Positions 28,640-41,207 of a DNA stretch of 64,000 nt are shown piece after piece (within the stretch, counting starts at the first letter, position 1; each line of letters begins with the position of its first letter). Where the stretch lies: NCBI GenBank assembly GCA_012295275.1, contig CM022674.1:11780001-11844000 (forward strand), given 5' to 3'. Below the pieces are notes generated by a model. The model was not told the DNA's origin and did not search any database. It saw nothing but the letters and a program-made list of their open reading frames with translations. This DNA comes from Chrysomallon squamiferum (taxonomy: Eukaryota; Animalia; Mollusca). Both the position numbers and the translations under genes were made by a program.

Positions 28640-28855
28640 TGTTTGTGGAAATGAAGCGGAAGGGAGGCTACTCTCAGTTGTAAATCGTGACGAGATTGGG
28701 TTTCGGAAAGTGTTTGGACATTTAAATTGTTAAATATTTTAATTTAGATAATGAATTACATTTCAAAAATTGTCCATTGTCTTGCTAAACATGATCCTAC
28801 ATCTATTGGAATTTTAGTTGCTGAAGTGATTAGAATATTCATCTTAGGTATACGA
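28640..28855 (+). pseudogene. Copy of SRPRB promoter and full-length exon 1 (28751-28847) with intact frame and donor
   Basis: Encodes MNYISKIVHCLAKHDPTSIGILVAEVIRIFIL|GTATAC versus MNYISKFVDSLAKYDPTSIGILIAVVIGILTL|GTATAC in the real gene. Both are 97 nt. Confidence 0.88.
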
Positions 28856-28924
28856 TAATGTTGCACATCCGACTGATTTTGTTCTACCAGTACCTGTAGT
28901 TAAAATATGATACTTGTTGTACTG

Positions 28925-29359
28925 CAGGGCTGGAAAATCGTCTGAAATGTATTGGTGACCAAAAAACATATTTGGCCCAAGAAATATTCATATAGAAAAA
29001 AATCAATAAAAATAAAATAAAAATACAGAAATAGGAACACCGCGAAGCAGACGACAGAAGCTAAGACGGCATTCGGGAAGGTTCGGATGATCACGATCAG
29101 TTTTACGATACTGGATTAGCGAGACTCGCGGTTTTATTTATCAAGACTACAGTTTAACTCTATGCATAACCGGTCTACAAAATTAGTGTTTATAAATAGA
29201 TAATGGCAAATTAAGGTATGCAATTTCGTATCGTCCAATTTATCGAACTGTGAGCAAATCTTTTATGTGAAATAAATATTTGCAGTAAATTATGAATAGT
29301 GGCTCTTGTGTACAACATATAGAAAAAATAACGGAACTTCGGTCGCATTTCGAGCCCTG
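28925..29359. mobile_element. Putative hAT-type MITE
   Basis: Imperfect TIRs CAGGGCTGGAAAAT / ATTTCGAGCCCTG; no TSD recognised. Confidence 0.4.
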
Positions 29360-29409
29360 TCTTATTTAAAACTACCATAATGAGAGTCAAATTAAAGTTA
29401 TTATTATTG

Positions 29410-29448
<39 letters not shown>

Positions 29449-30043
29449 TTATTCTTATTCTTATTCTTATTATTTGGCGAATGGCCTTTTCGAGCCATGA
29501 CTTATTTAAAACTAGCATAATGAGAGTCAAATTAAAGTTATTATTATTATTATTGTTATTTATTTATTTATTTATTTATTTATTATTTTTCACCCCGTTT
29601 TTTTGTTTTAATGCCTTGAATATGACATTGAGAATCATAATATCCACCCTCATACCATTAGGTTTCCTTGAATAGGGGTTTTGCTTGCTTTAGATGCAAA
29701 TCAGACATTATTTCAATATTGTAAAATAGTATTATTGCAGATGTCTCAACATACTAAGTAATATTAGATGTTTCTTTTAGAAAAATCTTCTACAAATATA
29801 TCTAGATCTGTCTGCTGATTTTTACAGCTTTTAACATATTTCATTTCTCTTTGTTTCACGTCTCCTTTTTGTTATTGTTGTCTGTTGATATTTCTTACTG
29901 ACACAATTTACAGTTTTTAAGCCAATCATAGCACTAAAATTATACAATAATTATTAGAAGGGTATACCGGTCTAGCAAAGTTTTTTCATCAGTATAAAAG
30001 AACTCATCCTTAAAATATCTTATAGGAACTTTAGTTACACATA

Positions 30044-30826
30044 CAGTGGTACCTTGTCTTACGAGTTTAATTCGTTCCGTGACCGACCTTGTATCTCAGT
30101 CTGCTCTTATACCAAATCAGGTTTCCCAACGGAAAGTAATTGAAATACCATTAATCCGTTCCACTCCCTCAAAACCACCCCATTTTTTTATTTTTTATTT
30201 TATTTTATTTTATTTTTTTGTAACGTGTTTTTAAATTAAAAAAAAATGTATTTATAAATGACAAATATTGTATAAAAACAAAATAGAAGAGAATGTAAAG
30301 AAATAAATTGGTTTTGTAAAGTGTATTAATCTTGGAGATCAGACAAATAATTTAACGCTGGAGTTAAAGCCTTTATCGACTCCTTCAGCTTCAGTATGGT
30401 ACGTATCGTAGAAGTACCCTGCTTGTACTACCTAGCCAAGTCGACTACATGCACACCTCGCTCATGTTTTTCTATGAATTCAAGCTTTAATTTAATGGAC
30501 ATCATCTGCTTCTTCTCAGCACACTCCTTTGCACTCACTTTCTTAGGATCCATGGTCAGAAAAATGAAATTTGTTTGTAAAATACTGCACAAAACGCGAG
30601 CACAACACAACAGAGATGCTTCCGCGGCGAGGTAACCACGTGAAAGTGAAACGCGGGATGCTGGCCGGATGTTATATTGTTCGTTGCGTCAACTAGCGGC
30701 GGCGTATCTGTAGCTCCTTCGTAACTCGAATTTTGGCTCGCAACTCAAAGCTAAAAATCGACTGGGCGACTGCTCGTGAATGGGAAAACTCTTAAGTTGG
30801 GGCACTCGTAAGTCCCAGTACCACTG
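30044..30826 (-). mobile_element. Tigger/pogo (Tc1-mariner superfamily) internally deleted element
   Basis: TIRs CAGTGGTACCTTGTCTTACGAG / CTCGTAAGTCCCAGTACCACTG with a TA TSD on both sides. Internal minus-strand fragment MDPKKVSAKECAEKKQMMSIKLKLEFIEKHERGVHVVDLAR resembles the CENP-B/psq HTH start of Tigger transposases. The paralogous site at ~7260 is empty. Confidence 0.9.
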
Positions 30827-31958
30827 TATTTTAAATAATACAGAAATATAAGCTTTGTTAAATATTAATTTCTTGATCGTCATTTTTTTCAAAAATATAC
30901 TGGCAACTGCAGTTTGCTGTGGCAGTTCATAATTACTTGGTATATCTATTTTTATTATTTTAATTTACAGGTTTTTTTTTTTTTTTTTAAAAACAATTCA
31001 CCTCTTGACATCCAGTTACTCTCTCAGATGTCCTTCCATAATATAACAATAAAAGATCATGAAATTTAAGTCTACACCAATCCTGTTCTCTAATGGATTT
31101 ATTATTTTGTTTAATTTATTTTAGTGTGTTTTAAGCATGATATTTGATACAGGCATTATCTTCCTTATTTCAGTGATTTTGTGCAAAACATGACAACAGT
31201 TATTTTATTAATATTATTATTTTTGTAGTTCACAGCTTGTTTATAGAAAAATATAAATAAATAAATAAATAAATAAAATGAAATAAACAATAAAAACAAT
31301 CAAAATCAAAATGAAAAAAAACTAAGAAAGGCAGTATAAAACACTGGAATAATTAAAACTGTTTACAGAAACATGAGATAACAGTTTTCTAAGAACTGGA
31401 ACAGTACAAACAACATGTAGAACAACGTGAAGAACAGTTAGTGTAATAAAACGTTGTAGATTTATTTATATTAGAATAGAAAAGTGAAAACTTTTAAATG
31501 AAATTAGTTTATTTTTGCTGAAGAAATTCACACCTTATTAGTGTACAAGCAAATGATATAAAAATATCAAGCGTTTTGAATATACTTGCTTTGGTTGTGA
31601 AGTTTGAACAAATGTTTAATGACAAGAGACATTCACATCTGTAGAGGTTTCTGTGTAAAAGTCCAAATAACCTTCAGAAAAAGAAAATCATAATATTATT
31701 ACACTAGCAAGAAATGTGCACATATGTAATTTGTTTCTCCTTAATCCAATTTTCAGAGCCTCAAATCAGAGTTCATTTACATAGTGTTCATGTATTCATC
31801 ATCATTTTGTCGTATGTTTCTGTAAATGATAGCTTGATACCTATGTGTATAAACAAATAATCTAATTACATTCTGCACTGCATCATTTCAAGTGATTGTT
31901 TTACTTTATTTACTTGTCTCTCATCTGTAATATAAAGGAAAAGCAAAAAAATAATAAA

Positions 31959-31963
<5 letters not shown>

Positions 31964-32031
<68 letters not shown>
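31964..32031. repeat. (TC)n microsatellite
   Basis: Direct reading. Confidence 0.95.
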
Positions 32032-32034
<3 letters not shown>

Positions 32035-33174
32035 AACAAATATTTCACTTATGTATATACCATTTTTAGTGGCATAAGAAGAAAAACAAATATAATAGTT
32101 AACATATAAACAAACAGTAACATCCAGCACACCTTGTAGTCAGTGTTTTTAATAAAATTGGCAGTTATATACAGCTAATTATATTAAACTTTAATCATTG
32201 CCAATTATTGGTAAATCATAGATAATGATTAATAAAACAATAATAAGTTAGACACATACAGAATTTCTGGTTTTTGTTTTGTTTGTTTTTGTTAAGTAAT
32301 CTTTTCCGATAAGATATAATAATAAAAGAAAAGGCCTTTCAGAATATATAAGAAGAAGTAACATATTTCACTTATGATTATAATAACTGAAACAAAACAA
32401 GAAAAGCAAGTATAATACAGCTAAAATATAAAATAATAACATCCAGTATCTTCTTTAGTCAGTGTTTCTAATAACAAGCTTGGCAGTTATATACAACTAA
32501 CAAAATAACATTTTAATAGTTGTAAGTCATTGCTGAATCATAGACAATTATTAATAATGATTAATAAAATAATAGTAAACACAAGTGTACAAACCATGCT
32601 TTAAATATAATTATTTATTTATAAGGATTTGTGAAAAAAAAAAAAATATATATATATAAAAATAAAACAAATAAATAATGAAGCAGAAAGATATTCAATA
32701 ATGTAATTATAAACATAAGAGGATCTGCACTGTAATTATTAGGAAATATTTTTTTTTTACCCTTTTTTTTTTTTTTAAAATTACTGTTTCATATATAATT
32801 GTTTTGGATGGTATGTTTATTTGAAAAGTGTATCTTGTGCTTTGGGCCTGCAAGATCACTTCATTTTATTAATAATGGTTCATTGGCGTAAGATTTTTCA
32901 GTTTCAGTCACAAGGCTCAGTAATTTAAAATGTTTTGTTGAAATTTCTTTTACCTTGTGGAAAATCTCTCTCTGGGCACAGTAGCTAATTAACAAAATCA
33001 AGATAATATGAATAAAAGTTTAGCTAAAATTTAATACAGGGCATGAAATAATAATAATCATTATTATTAGAGAGTTACCCACGGATTAGTGACAGCTAGT
33101 TTTCTCTCCTATTATCATTAGTGTTAATCTGTTTTCTCGACTTCTGCTGTTATTACATCTATTTACTTTAATTT

Positions 33175-33235
<61 letters not shown>

Positions 33236-33619
33236 TATCTTTAATACATACAAGACTAAGCTAGGTTTACGATGACCAAATATTAAAACAAAATGGGTTT
33301 TATTACTGGTCAGTTTATATTTTATCAGGGAATATTGTGTATGAAAATAGTTTACGTAACGTTGCTAACCGATCATTAAATGGGATGGTATCTAGTGAGG
33401 GTTTCAATATTTCACAAAAGTTCCACGAAAGCTGTTCTAAAAGTAATAAAATTCTTATATCCTGTCAAAACAGCAAGATATTATTATTATTATTATTGTT
33501 GTTGTTGTTGTTGCTGTTGTTGTTGTTGTTGTTACATCAGTTCAGCATGAATTCTGGAGGTTCCAGTTTCTTAGAAGTGACGTCTGAAGCAAGACTGCTT
33601 TTCTCTATTTGCGTGTATT

Positions 33620-35065
33620 CTAATCCTTTGTCATTTTGTCTGGTTTTTGTTGAAAATCAGATTTAGTTTCATCTGCGTTTGCAGATGTCGCTGACGATGA
33701 CGCTTTCGCCGATTCCGTAGGTTGATTCTCCGCCATCGAACTTGCGGTACTCGGGTTGCTTTTATTTGTGTCATTTTTATTCTCTTCTGACGTATCTGTC
33801 TGCTTAATGTCGTCTGCTTTTCCTTCTGAGCTTTTTGCATTGTCTGATGGATTGATTTTCCGATCTTCAACGACTTTATTTTCCGACTTGTCTGTTTTCG
33901 TTATGTTATCTGTTGATATTTCGCCTGCATTCTTTTTCTCTTCTGTTTCTAATTCATTCTTCTTTGTCTCATCAGTATCCGCAGTGTTAGAGGAAGTGAC
34001 GTCATTTACAAAAGCCAAACCAGCTCCATTTTCTGATTGGCCTAGTTCCAGTCCATCTTTGTCTTCTTCGTTTTCTTCAACACTGCTTTTTTCAGTTTTT
34101 CCTCCGACACATTTTGTAATGGACTTGAAGAACGTGGTGACGAATCGTTTTCTGTGTGAAGGAAACAGGACGATTTTAGTTGCACGATTTGAGTTTCCAG
34201 GCTGATCTGTTTCATCTCCTCTTTTTTCTCGTGACTCCGAACAACTACATTCATCTGGTGAATTCAGATCTACAACAACGAATTCCTGGTTACCAGCGCC
34301 CGATTCCTTTGTTTTCTGAGTCAGTTCATCCGTAGGGCTTGAGACCACATCGGTTTTGTCGTCAGAATCCTTCCTGTGTTGACAATAGTGAAAACAAAAT
34401 CAAAAAGTGAATCTAATACGCTTTTTACTCCTATATCTACTGCTACTGCTGCTACAAGTACTATTACTTTTAAATCAAAAATAATATTATAACAACCGCT
34501 ACTGCTCTGGTACTACTATTACTACTACTTTTCCAACAATAATATTATTACTAGCGCTACCTCTATTACTACTAGTAGTACTGCGACGACTACTACTTTT
34601 TCAACAATATTATTATTACTAGCGCTATTGTTACTACTACTACTACTACAACTACTACTAGTAGTTTTTCAACAATATTATAACTACCGCTACTACTACT
34701 ACTTTTACTTTTTCAACAATAATATTATTATTAGCGATACTGCTATTACTATTACTACTACTACTACTACCACTACCACTACCACTACTACCACTACTAC
34801 TACCACTACCACTACCACTACTACTACTACTACTAACATTTCTTTGTCGTCTGCCTTTGTTACTTCGGTCTGTTCCTTGATTTCAGAATGGTCAGTATTC
34901 GATACAATAATACTTTCTTGCAAATTTAAAGGACGTTCATCGGTACCTGTGTTTACATCTGTTACTGTGGACATCTGAATGTCGGGACGTGATTCTGTCA
35001 ATGATTTTGTCGCGGATTCATCCTCTTTACATTTGCTTTTTAAGAAAAAGAAAGAATAGAAAGAA

Positions 35066-35133
<68 letters not shown>

Positions 35134-35496
35134 CACAATACATAGGTATAATTTTTTCATCTGTATGTACTGCTAATGCTACTACTACTACTACTAGTTT
35201 TTCAACAATATTAACTACCTCTACTATTTTTTTAACAATAATACCATAACTACAGCTACTACTACTGCAACGGCTGCTGCTCCTGCTACTGCTGCTTTTC
35301 AACAATAATATTATAACTACCGCTACTGCTACTACTACTACTACTACTTCCACTGCAGTAACGACTATTACAACTGATAATTTTATTACGCTTCAACTAC
35401 CACGACTTCTACTTTAACTTTAACGATAATAAGTACTGTTACTATTACTACTAAAATATTATTTTTGTAATTTGGTTTCTAATTAATACTAATTAC

Positions 35497-35546
<50 letters not shown>

Positions 35547-37189
35547 GATAAACAGAAGCTGATTAAAGAAATTTACTTTTCTTGTGAAACCTTGGTTGGC
35601 TCAGTCTGAATAGTTTCCACTCCTGCTTGACTCTTTTGTGAAGATGTATTTTCCTCTGCTGAGCTGAGATCCACCGTACAAGCATCGTCATGTCTGTCTA
35701 GGCTGGATACTCTTTGTTTGTGACTTAAGAACTTTGTTTTTTTGCAATAGCCGTGTTGAAATAGGACGATTATTAAAACAAATAGTAGGATGAATGATAT
35801 ACTGAGCGACAAAGAAAACGCCAAAGCTCCGTGTCTTCCGAAATTGGATTCGGTTGTCGAAGTGGTTTCATATGTTGTGGTAGTACCCTGTGACATAGTT
35901 GATGAATTTGTAGACGTGGGAGTAGTTTTTGATGTGGAGCTAGGTATTGGGACAGCTTTCGATGTGTCGTTAGGTGTCGTGGAACTAGGCTGTGAAGATG
36001 ATGAATGTGTCGATGAAGTTGTAGCCGTCGTAGCAGTGTCTGAAGTTTCCGATGTTGTGTTAGGTGTCGTGGAAGTAGTCTGTGAAGATGATGAATATCT
36101 CGATGAAGTTGTAGCCGTCGTAGCAGTGTGTGAAGTTTCCAATGTTGTGTTAGGTATCGTGGAAGTAGTCTGTGAAGATGTTACATCTTGAGACGACATC
36201 GACACATGGCTTACACCCACAACTAAAACTAATAGAGAAACATCATTTTAATCGTTGTTGTTGTTACTGTTGTTCTGTTGTCTTTTATTAATTTTATCAA
36301 TTAAAAAAAATAAACAAAATAAATAAAATGAAAAAACGGACACATATATATATATAATATAAATACAAAATATATTTATCATTTTTTTCACTCTATTTCA
36401 CATTATGGATATAGAATAATCAGACTGGTTTATTTTAACATGCAGGTTGGAATGGGAAATAACTGTTTAAACGTTTTAAAAACTAAGAAGAAACCTGAAT
36501 ATTAAATAGACTGTTAAAGTACTGATGGCATACATCTCTCGCAATAAGATCGTGTAAAATTAGCAGACACTTTTCAAAAACAGTTTACAAATGAATTTTT
36601 TACTTGTTTGCGATATGTATGCGTGTATGTGCAACGTACGTGGGAAACACACACACTCACATACACAAACACACACTCACATACACAAACACACACACTC
36701 ATACACAAACACACACTCACATACACAAACACACACACTCACATACACACAAACACACACACTCACAATAACAAACACACACACTCACACAAACACACAC
36801 TCACAATCACAAACACACACACTCACATACACAAACACACACACTCACATACACACACACACTCACATACACAAACACACAGCTCACATACACAAACACA
36901 CACACTCACAATCACAAACACACACACTCACATACACAAACACACACATACACAAACACACACATACACAATCACATCAACAAACACACACACTCACATA
37001 CACAAACACACACGCACACACATTATATCTAAAGTCAAAAATTGTGTTTTGTTACTGATACAGAGTTGTGTGGTTCAGTGGAAGAGCAATTAGAAAACAC
37101 AGTCACATTTCGTCTGCATTCACTGTCACCAGAAAAATAACAATATTTTAAATTTATTTAGAATATTTAATAAATCCTACGGCTAAATC

Positions 37190-37246
<57 letters not shown>

Positions 37247-37949
37247 GATTTCAACCCATTGTTGTATGCAACACACACAACTGTTTTAAATATTGTTGTT
37301 ATTGTTAATTAATTTTTCATTTTATTTTTTTCATTTTTATTTTTTTATTTTTTTATTTTTTGTTGACTGAACTCCTGTCTTTAAAGTTACAGGAATTAAA
37401 CAATAACGCATCCACCTTTGTAGAGTACTTGATCCGAGCTTGTAATCACCAAACCAAGCTGACATCAGTTATTTCCTCTTTTGTTGCATAAAGCTAATTT
37501 GCCATTTTTCAAAAAAGGCTGGACGTATTTCATTTTATTTTCACTTAGCTTACACCAGGAAGAGTAGACAATAATTTAAATGGTTGAAGCGATGAATCGA
37601 TACATGTAGGTGACAGCATCAGCCCTCCCGATATCACATGACTGCTTAATCCAGCCGGTATCACACGGCTGATTAGTTAAAGAGCAGGGAATATGTAATC
37701 TCTTTTCTTTTAGTTGCGTATAAAAGTTGACCTGCTGCTAATGGCAGAGAGTTAGCCACGGATTAGTGACAGCTGGTTTTCTCTTCTATTATCATTACTG
37801 TTAATCTGTGTTACTCGACTTCTGATGTTATTACATTGTATTCATTGCGCTAGGCATATAATTAACTTTCATTATAAGATTAATTTTTAATAATAATAAA
37901 TAAATAATATATTTATCTGTTTATTTTGATCAGATGCATATGTATTTAC

Positions 37950-37997
<48 letters not shown>

Positions 37998-38409
37998 CGT
38001 GTCAAACAAAACTGATTTAAAGCAAGCTGGCTATTATTGATAAATGTGATAAATAAATATTCATATATTATTCACCTAGGGAATAATCACTTAATTCATG
38101 AAGGAATCTCTTTACATGAATAAACGAATAAATATAAACTAGTATTACAAATAACAACAACAAAAACAATAACAACAAAAATAATAATAACAACCATATG
38201 AATAATAATAGCAACAACAACAATAAAGTACATATAATAATGATAATAACAATAAAATCCTCATGATGATCATCGTCGTTATCGTTGTCATCACCACCAA
38301 CATGAAACTAATAATACCATAACTTGGAAAAAATATAATAAAAACATAAAAATAATATTAACTGAAACTCACCGATTCCAAGCAAAATTATACAAAAAAT
38401 ATTTTCCAT
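33620..38409 (-). CDS. Mucin-like type-I membrane protein, paralogue 3 (intact, ~544 aa)
   Basis: Exons 38409-38373, 36222-35577, 35035-34838 and 34373-33620 join in frame (1635 nt). Protein: signal peptide MENIFCIILLGIVVGVSH, ~120-aa T/S ectodomain with a 90-bp repeat, [30 protein letters not shown], and a long acidic low-complexity tail. Confidence 0.8.
36647..37022. repeat. Compound (CA)-rich repeat (ACACACTCACATACACAA units)
   Basis: Direct reading; it explains the HT-rich ORFs. Confidence 0.9.
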
Positions 38410-38984
38410 TTTAATAAATTATGTGGCGTAATATCCAGTTCGATGTCAATATTATAAAGTGACGAAGAGGAAGCACTAAAACTCGTTTTTAATTAGCGAT
38501 AATTTTTTTTCTTAGTGACATCATTAACTTCCTTTTTGAATCTACGGCGGTGTATATTAATATCTATATAAGGCGTGTGTAATATGAGTTTTTAATCCAC
38601 TTGAAAAACAATAGTCATTTGTTTTGTAGTACGATTTATTTTGTTGTTCTGAACTGTATTTTTTGTTTGACATATTAGTAATATATATATATATATATTT
38701 CTATGTGTTATGTTAAATGGTAAAGAATTACTCTTGTTACATAAAGTATTTGTATATAACATGGAGAGAGGCAGATATAGAAATTACTGACGAACTGTTT
38801 CGTATTTCTTTATTTACTTTATTGTTAACAAAAATACTTTTATTAATTTACTTTTCATATAGCCGATAAAGGATTTAATTTTTTTTTTTTTTATTTCCTT
38901 GTAATCATTAGTTATAATAACGTGTTCTGTTAACCAACCGATAACTCTTTGACGTAACTGTTCTACAAGTTTGCTGGAAATGTT

Positions 38985-39230
38985 CGCTGTCTTCATTTTA
39001 GCTTTCCTGATAATTAAATTATTTTTGTTTTAATTTTGAATTTGCTTGTGGAAATGATGCGGAAGGGAGGCTATTCTCGGTTGTAAATCATGACAAGATT
39101 GGGTTTAGGAAAGTGGACATTTAAATTATTAAATATTTCTTTTTAAATAATGAATTACATTTATAAAGTTTGTCCATAGTCATGTTAAATAAGTCTATCG
39201 GCATTTTAATTGCTGTAGTGATAAAGATAT
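38985..39230 (+). pseudogene. Third relic of SRPRB promoter/exon 1
   Basis: GGAAATGATGCGGAAGGGAGGCTATTCTCGGTTGTAAATCATGACAAGATTGG..ATGAATTACATTTAT..ATTTTAATTGCTGTAGTGAT matches the reverse complement of 58700-58960; frameshifted. Confidence 0.85.
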
Positions 39231-39359
39231 TGTTTTGAAGCCGAAGATAAAATCCATAACGATGATTGTTTTTTGTGAATACAACTTTTATAAAATAATT
39301 TTTCCATATCATTTTCATCATCATCATCATAATCATTATTATTATTGTTGTTGCTGTTG

Positions 39360-39477
39360 TTAAGTTTATGGCGGAGTCTTATCGGTATAAGGAAACTAAG
39401 TAATAACATTTTACTTCCGCATCCGGTGACGTCATCGCCAAGGAAATTGTGTCAACATTTGTTCGACCCAGTAAATC
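39360..39477 (+). promoter_or_regulatory. Promoter of the UBL-TM-ARM gene
   Basis: YY1-like TTATGGCGG (~39367), ETS ACTTCCG (~39413) and palindromic CRE TGACGTCA (~39427) are clustered within 120 bp of the ATG. Confidence 0.6.
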
Positions 39478-41168
39478 ATGTTGATCTACATAGAAAATAA
39501 AGCTTTTCCGGTTCGTTTTGTTTTAGATATATATTTAGAGCTAGTTATTGCATTCTGGAAGACAACAACGTAATGCAAAACTGATAATAACTAATCAACA
39601 TTTAGACAGGTGCACCCCCCTTAAGTAATATGGAAACACGTCAGTGATAAAACCCATTCCGAAATAATATTTAATTAATGACAGTCTTAACGAATTTAAT
39701 ATAAGACATATGATTATTGTAAAATATTTTTAATATTATTTATTTTAGCTGAAGACATTTGTTGCAGTGGTTTTTCCAAATGACAAAATCGCACGCGTCC
39801 GAGCCCAGTTACTTCACATCCTGTACGAGCTGGGTAAAGAAGATCACCAGTTCAGACTTCGATACAAAGGACAGTTTCTCAGAGATGCTTTCACACTGGA
39901 AGACTACGACATCGGTGACAACGCCATTGTAAAAATGGTGCCCATGTCCAGAAGGCCAGAGGTTACAAAATATTCTGAGAATTTTATTTTAATATATTTT
40001 TCAATTATTATGGTTTCTGATTTTATATAAACATTTTTTACATTTTTAGATTTGTTTCATTTTTATTTATTTTTTTTTTTTTTATCTTTATATAATATGT
40101 AAAATGTCAAAATCACCTTTTGTTTTTAGTAAATATTTTCATAATAAAATTCTTGATAACCATTTTATAGTATTTTATTATGATACAGTATAATAAAAAC
40201 TAATTACTAAAGAAGACTGTTAATTCATTAATACTATATACATTATAACTCAATATTAATTTGATACTCTTATATTTTGACTGAGTGACAAAACTGAGTA
40301 AAAATCTGACCTTTTTTTCTCACTTTTTCCTTAAAGTTTAGAATGTAGTGATTCAAATAAATTAAATTTTTATACAAAAGTTACCCAAGAAATTAACAAA
40401 CTACATTACATGATTAGTTGTAATCTAAACATATTCTCTACAAAGCTAAAATCAGCATAAATAAAATATCACATTCATATACATTCATAAACAGCATTCA
40501 GACATGTTCTTGTTAAGTTTGAAATTTATTTATTTTTCAGGCAATGATGGACATTCAGTCTGTTGCTAGCAGCATGATGAACTTTGACCTAGGTCCCGGT
40601 CAGCCAGTTGATGTTAAGAAAGCTTTAGAAAAAGAAGTACAAGTCTTCAAACGAAGAGAATCTATTGTAAAAAATTATAAGGTAAACAAAAACAAATTTT
40701 ATGTACTTGGAAGTGGTAGGAAGAATTTATCAAAATACAAACACACAGATTTGAGTGTGAGAATTTTTGCTTTAAACATTTTAAACAGAGAGAACTGAAT
40801 GTAGGATACACAATAAATTCATCAAAATATATGTAACATTGTTCACTTGTTTTTATCACATGTGAATAAATGATTGATACAATTGCTGCCTGTCAGGATT
40901 TTTTCTTTTTTCCTTTTGTTTTTTTTAAATATTTCTGTCCTAAGATAACCTCAGCTCCAAATTAAGATTAAAATGTCAGACTCCATGGCTACTGTACAGT
41001 TGTGTGCAGTGTTAACAAACTTTATTATTTGTACAAGTTTGTGTCAAAACCTCCCAAAAATAAACTGGTATATGACAGAATGTATCTGAGCTTTTTGTTC
41101 AATCTTATATAGGTGCATTAGAAATACATTTGTTTTTTTGTATCTATAATGGACGTTTCTGTGTGTAT

Positions 41169-41207
<39 letters not shown>

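Larger units (their letters stand above)
29600..33045 (+). repeat. Second segmental duplicate of the LPP 3' UTR/downstream region, interrupted by a Tigger element
   Basis: Colinear similarity to ~6820-10450 (e.g. 29630 vs 6850, 30915-31210 vs 7352-7660, 32770-33040 vs 10200-10445). Confidence 0.85.

Noticed and set aside
39369-39640. Alternative starts for the UBL gene (ATGGCGGAG at 39368; GACAG|GTGCAC donor at ~39608)
   Set aside because: The first hits a stop after 11 codons and the second is out of phase. 39478-39510 restores the ubiquitin-like first strand.
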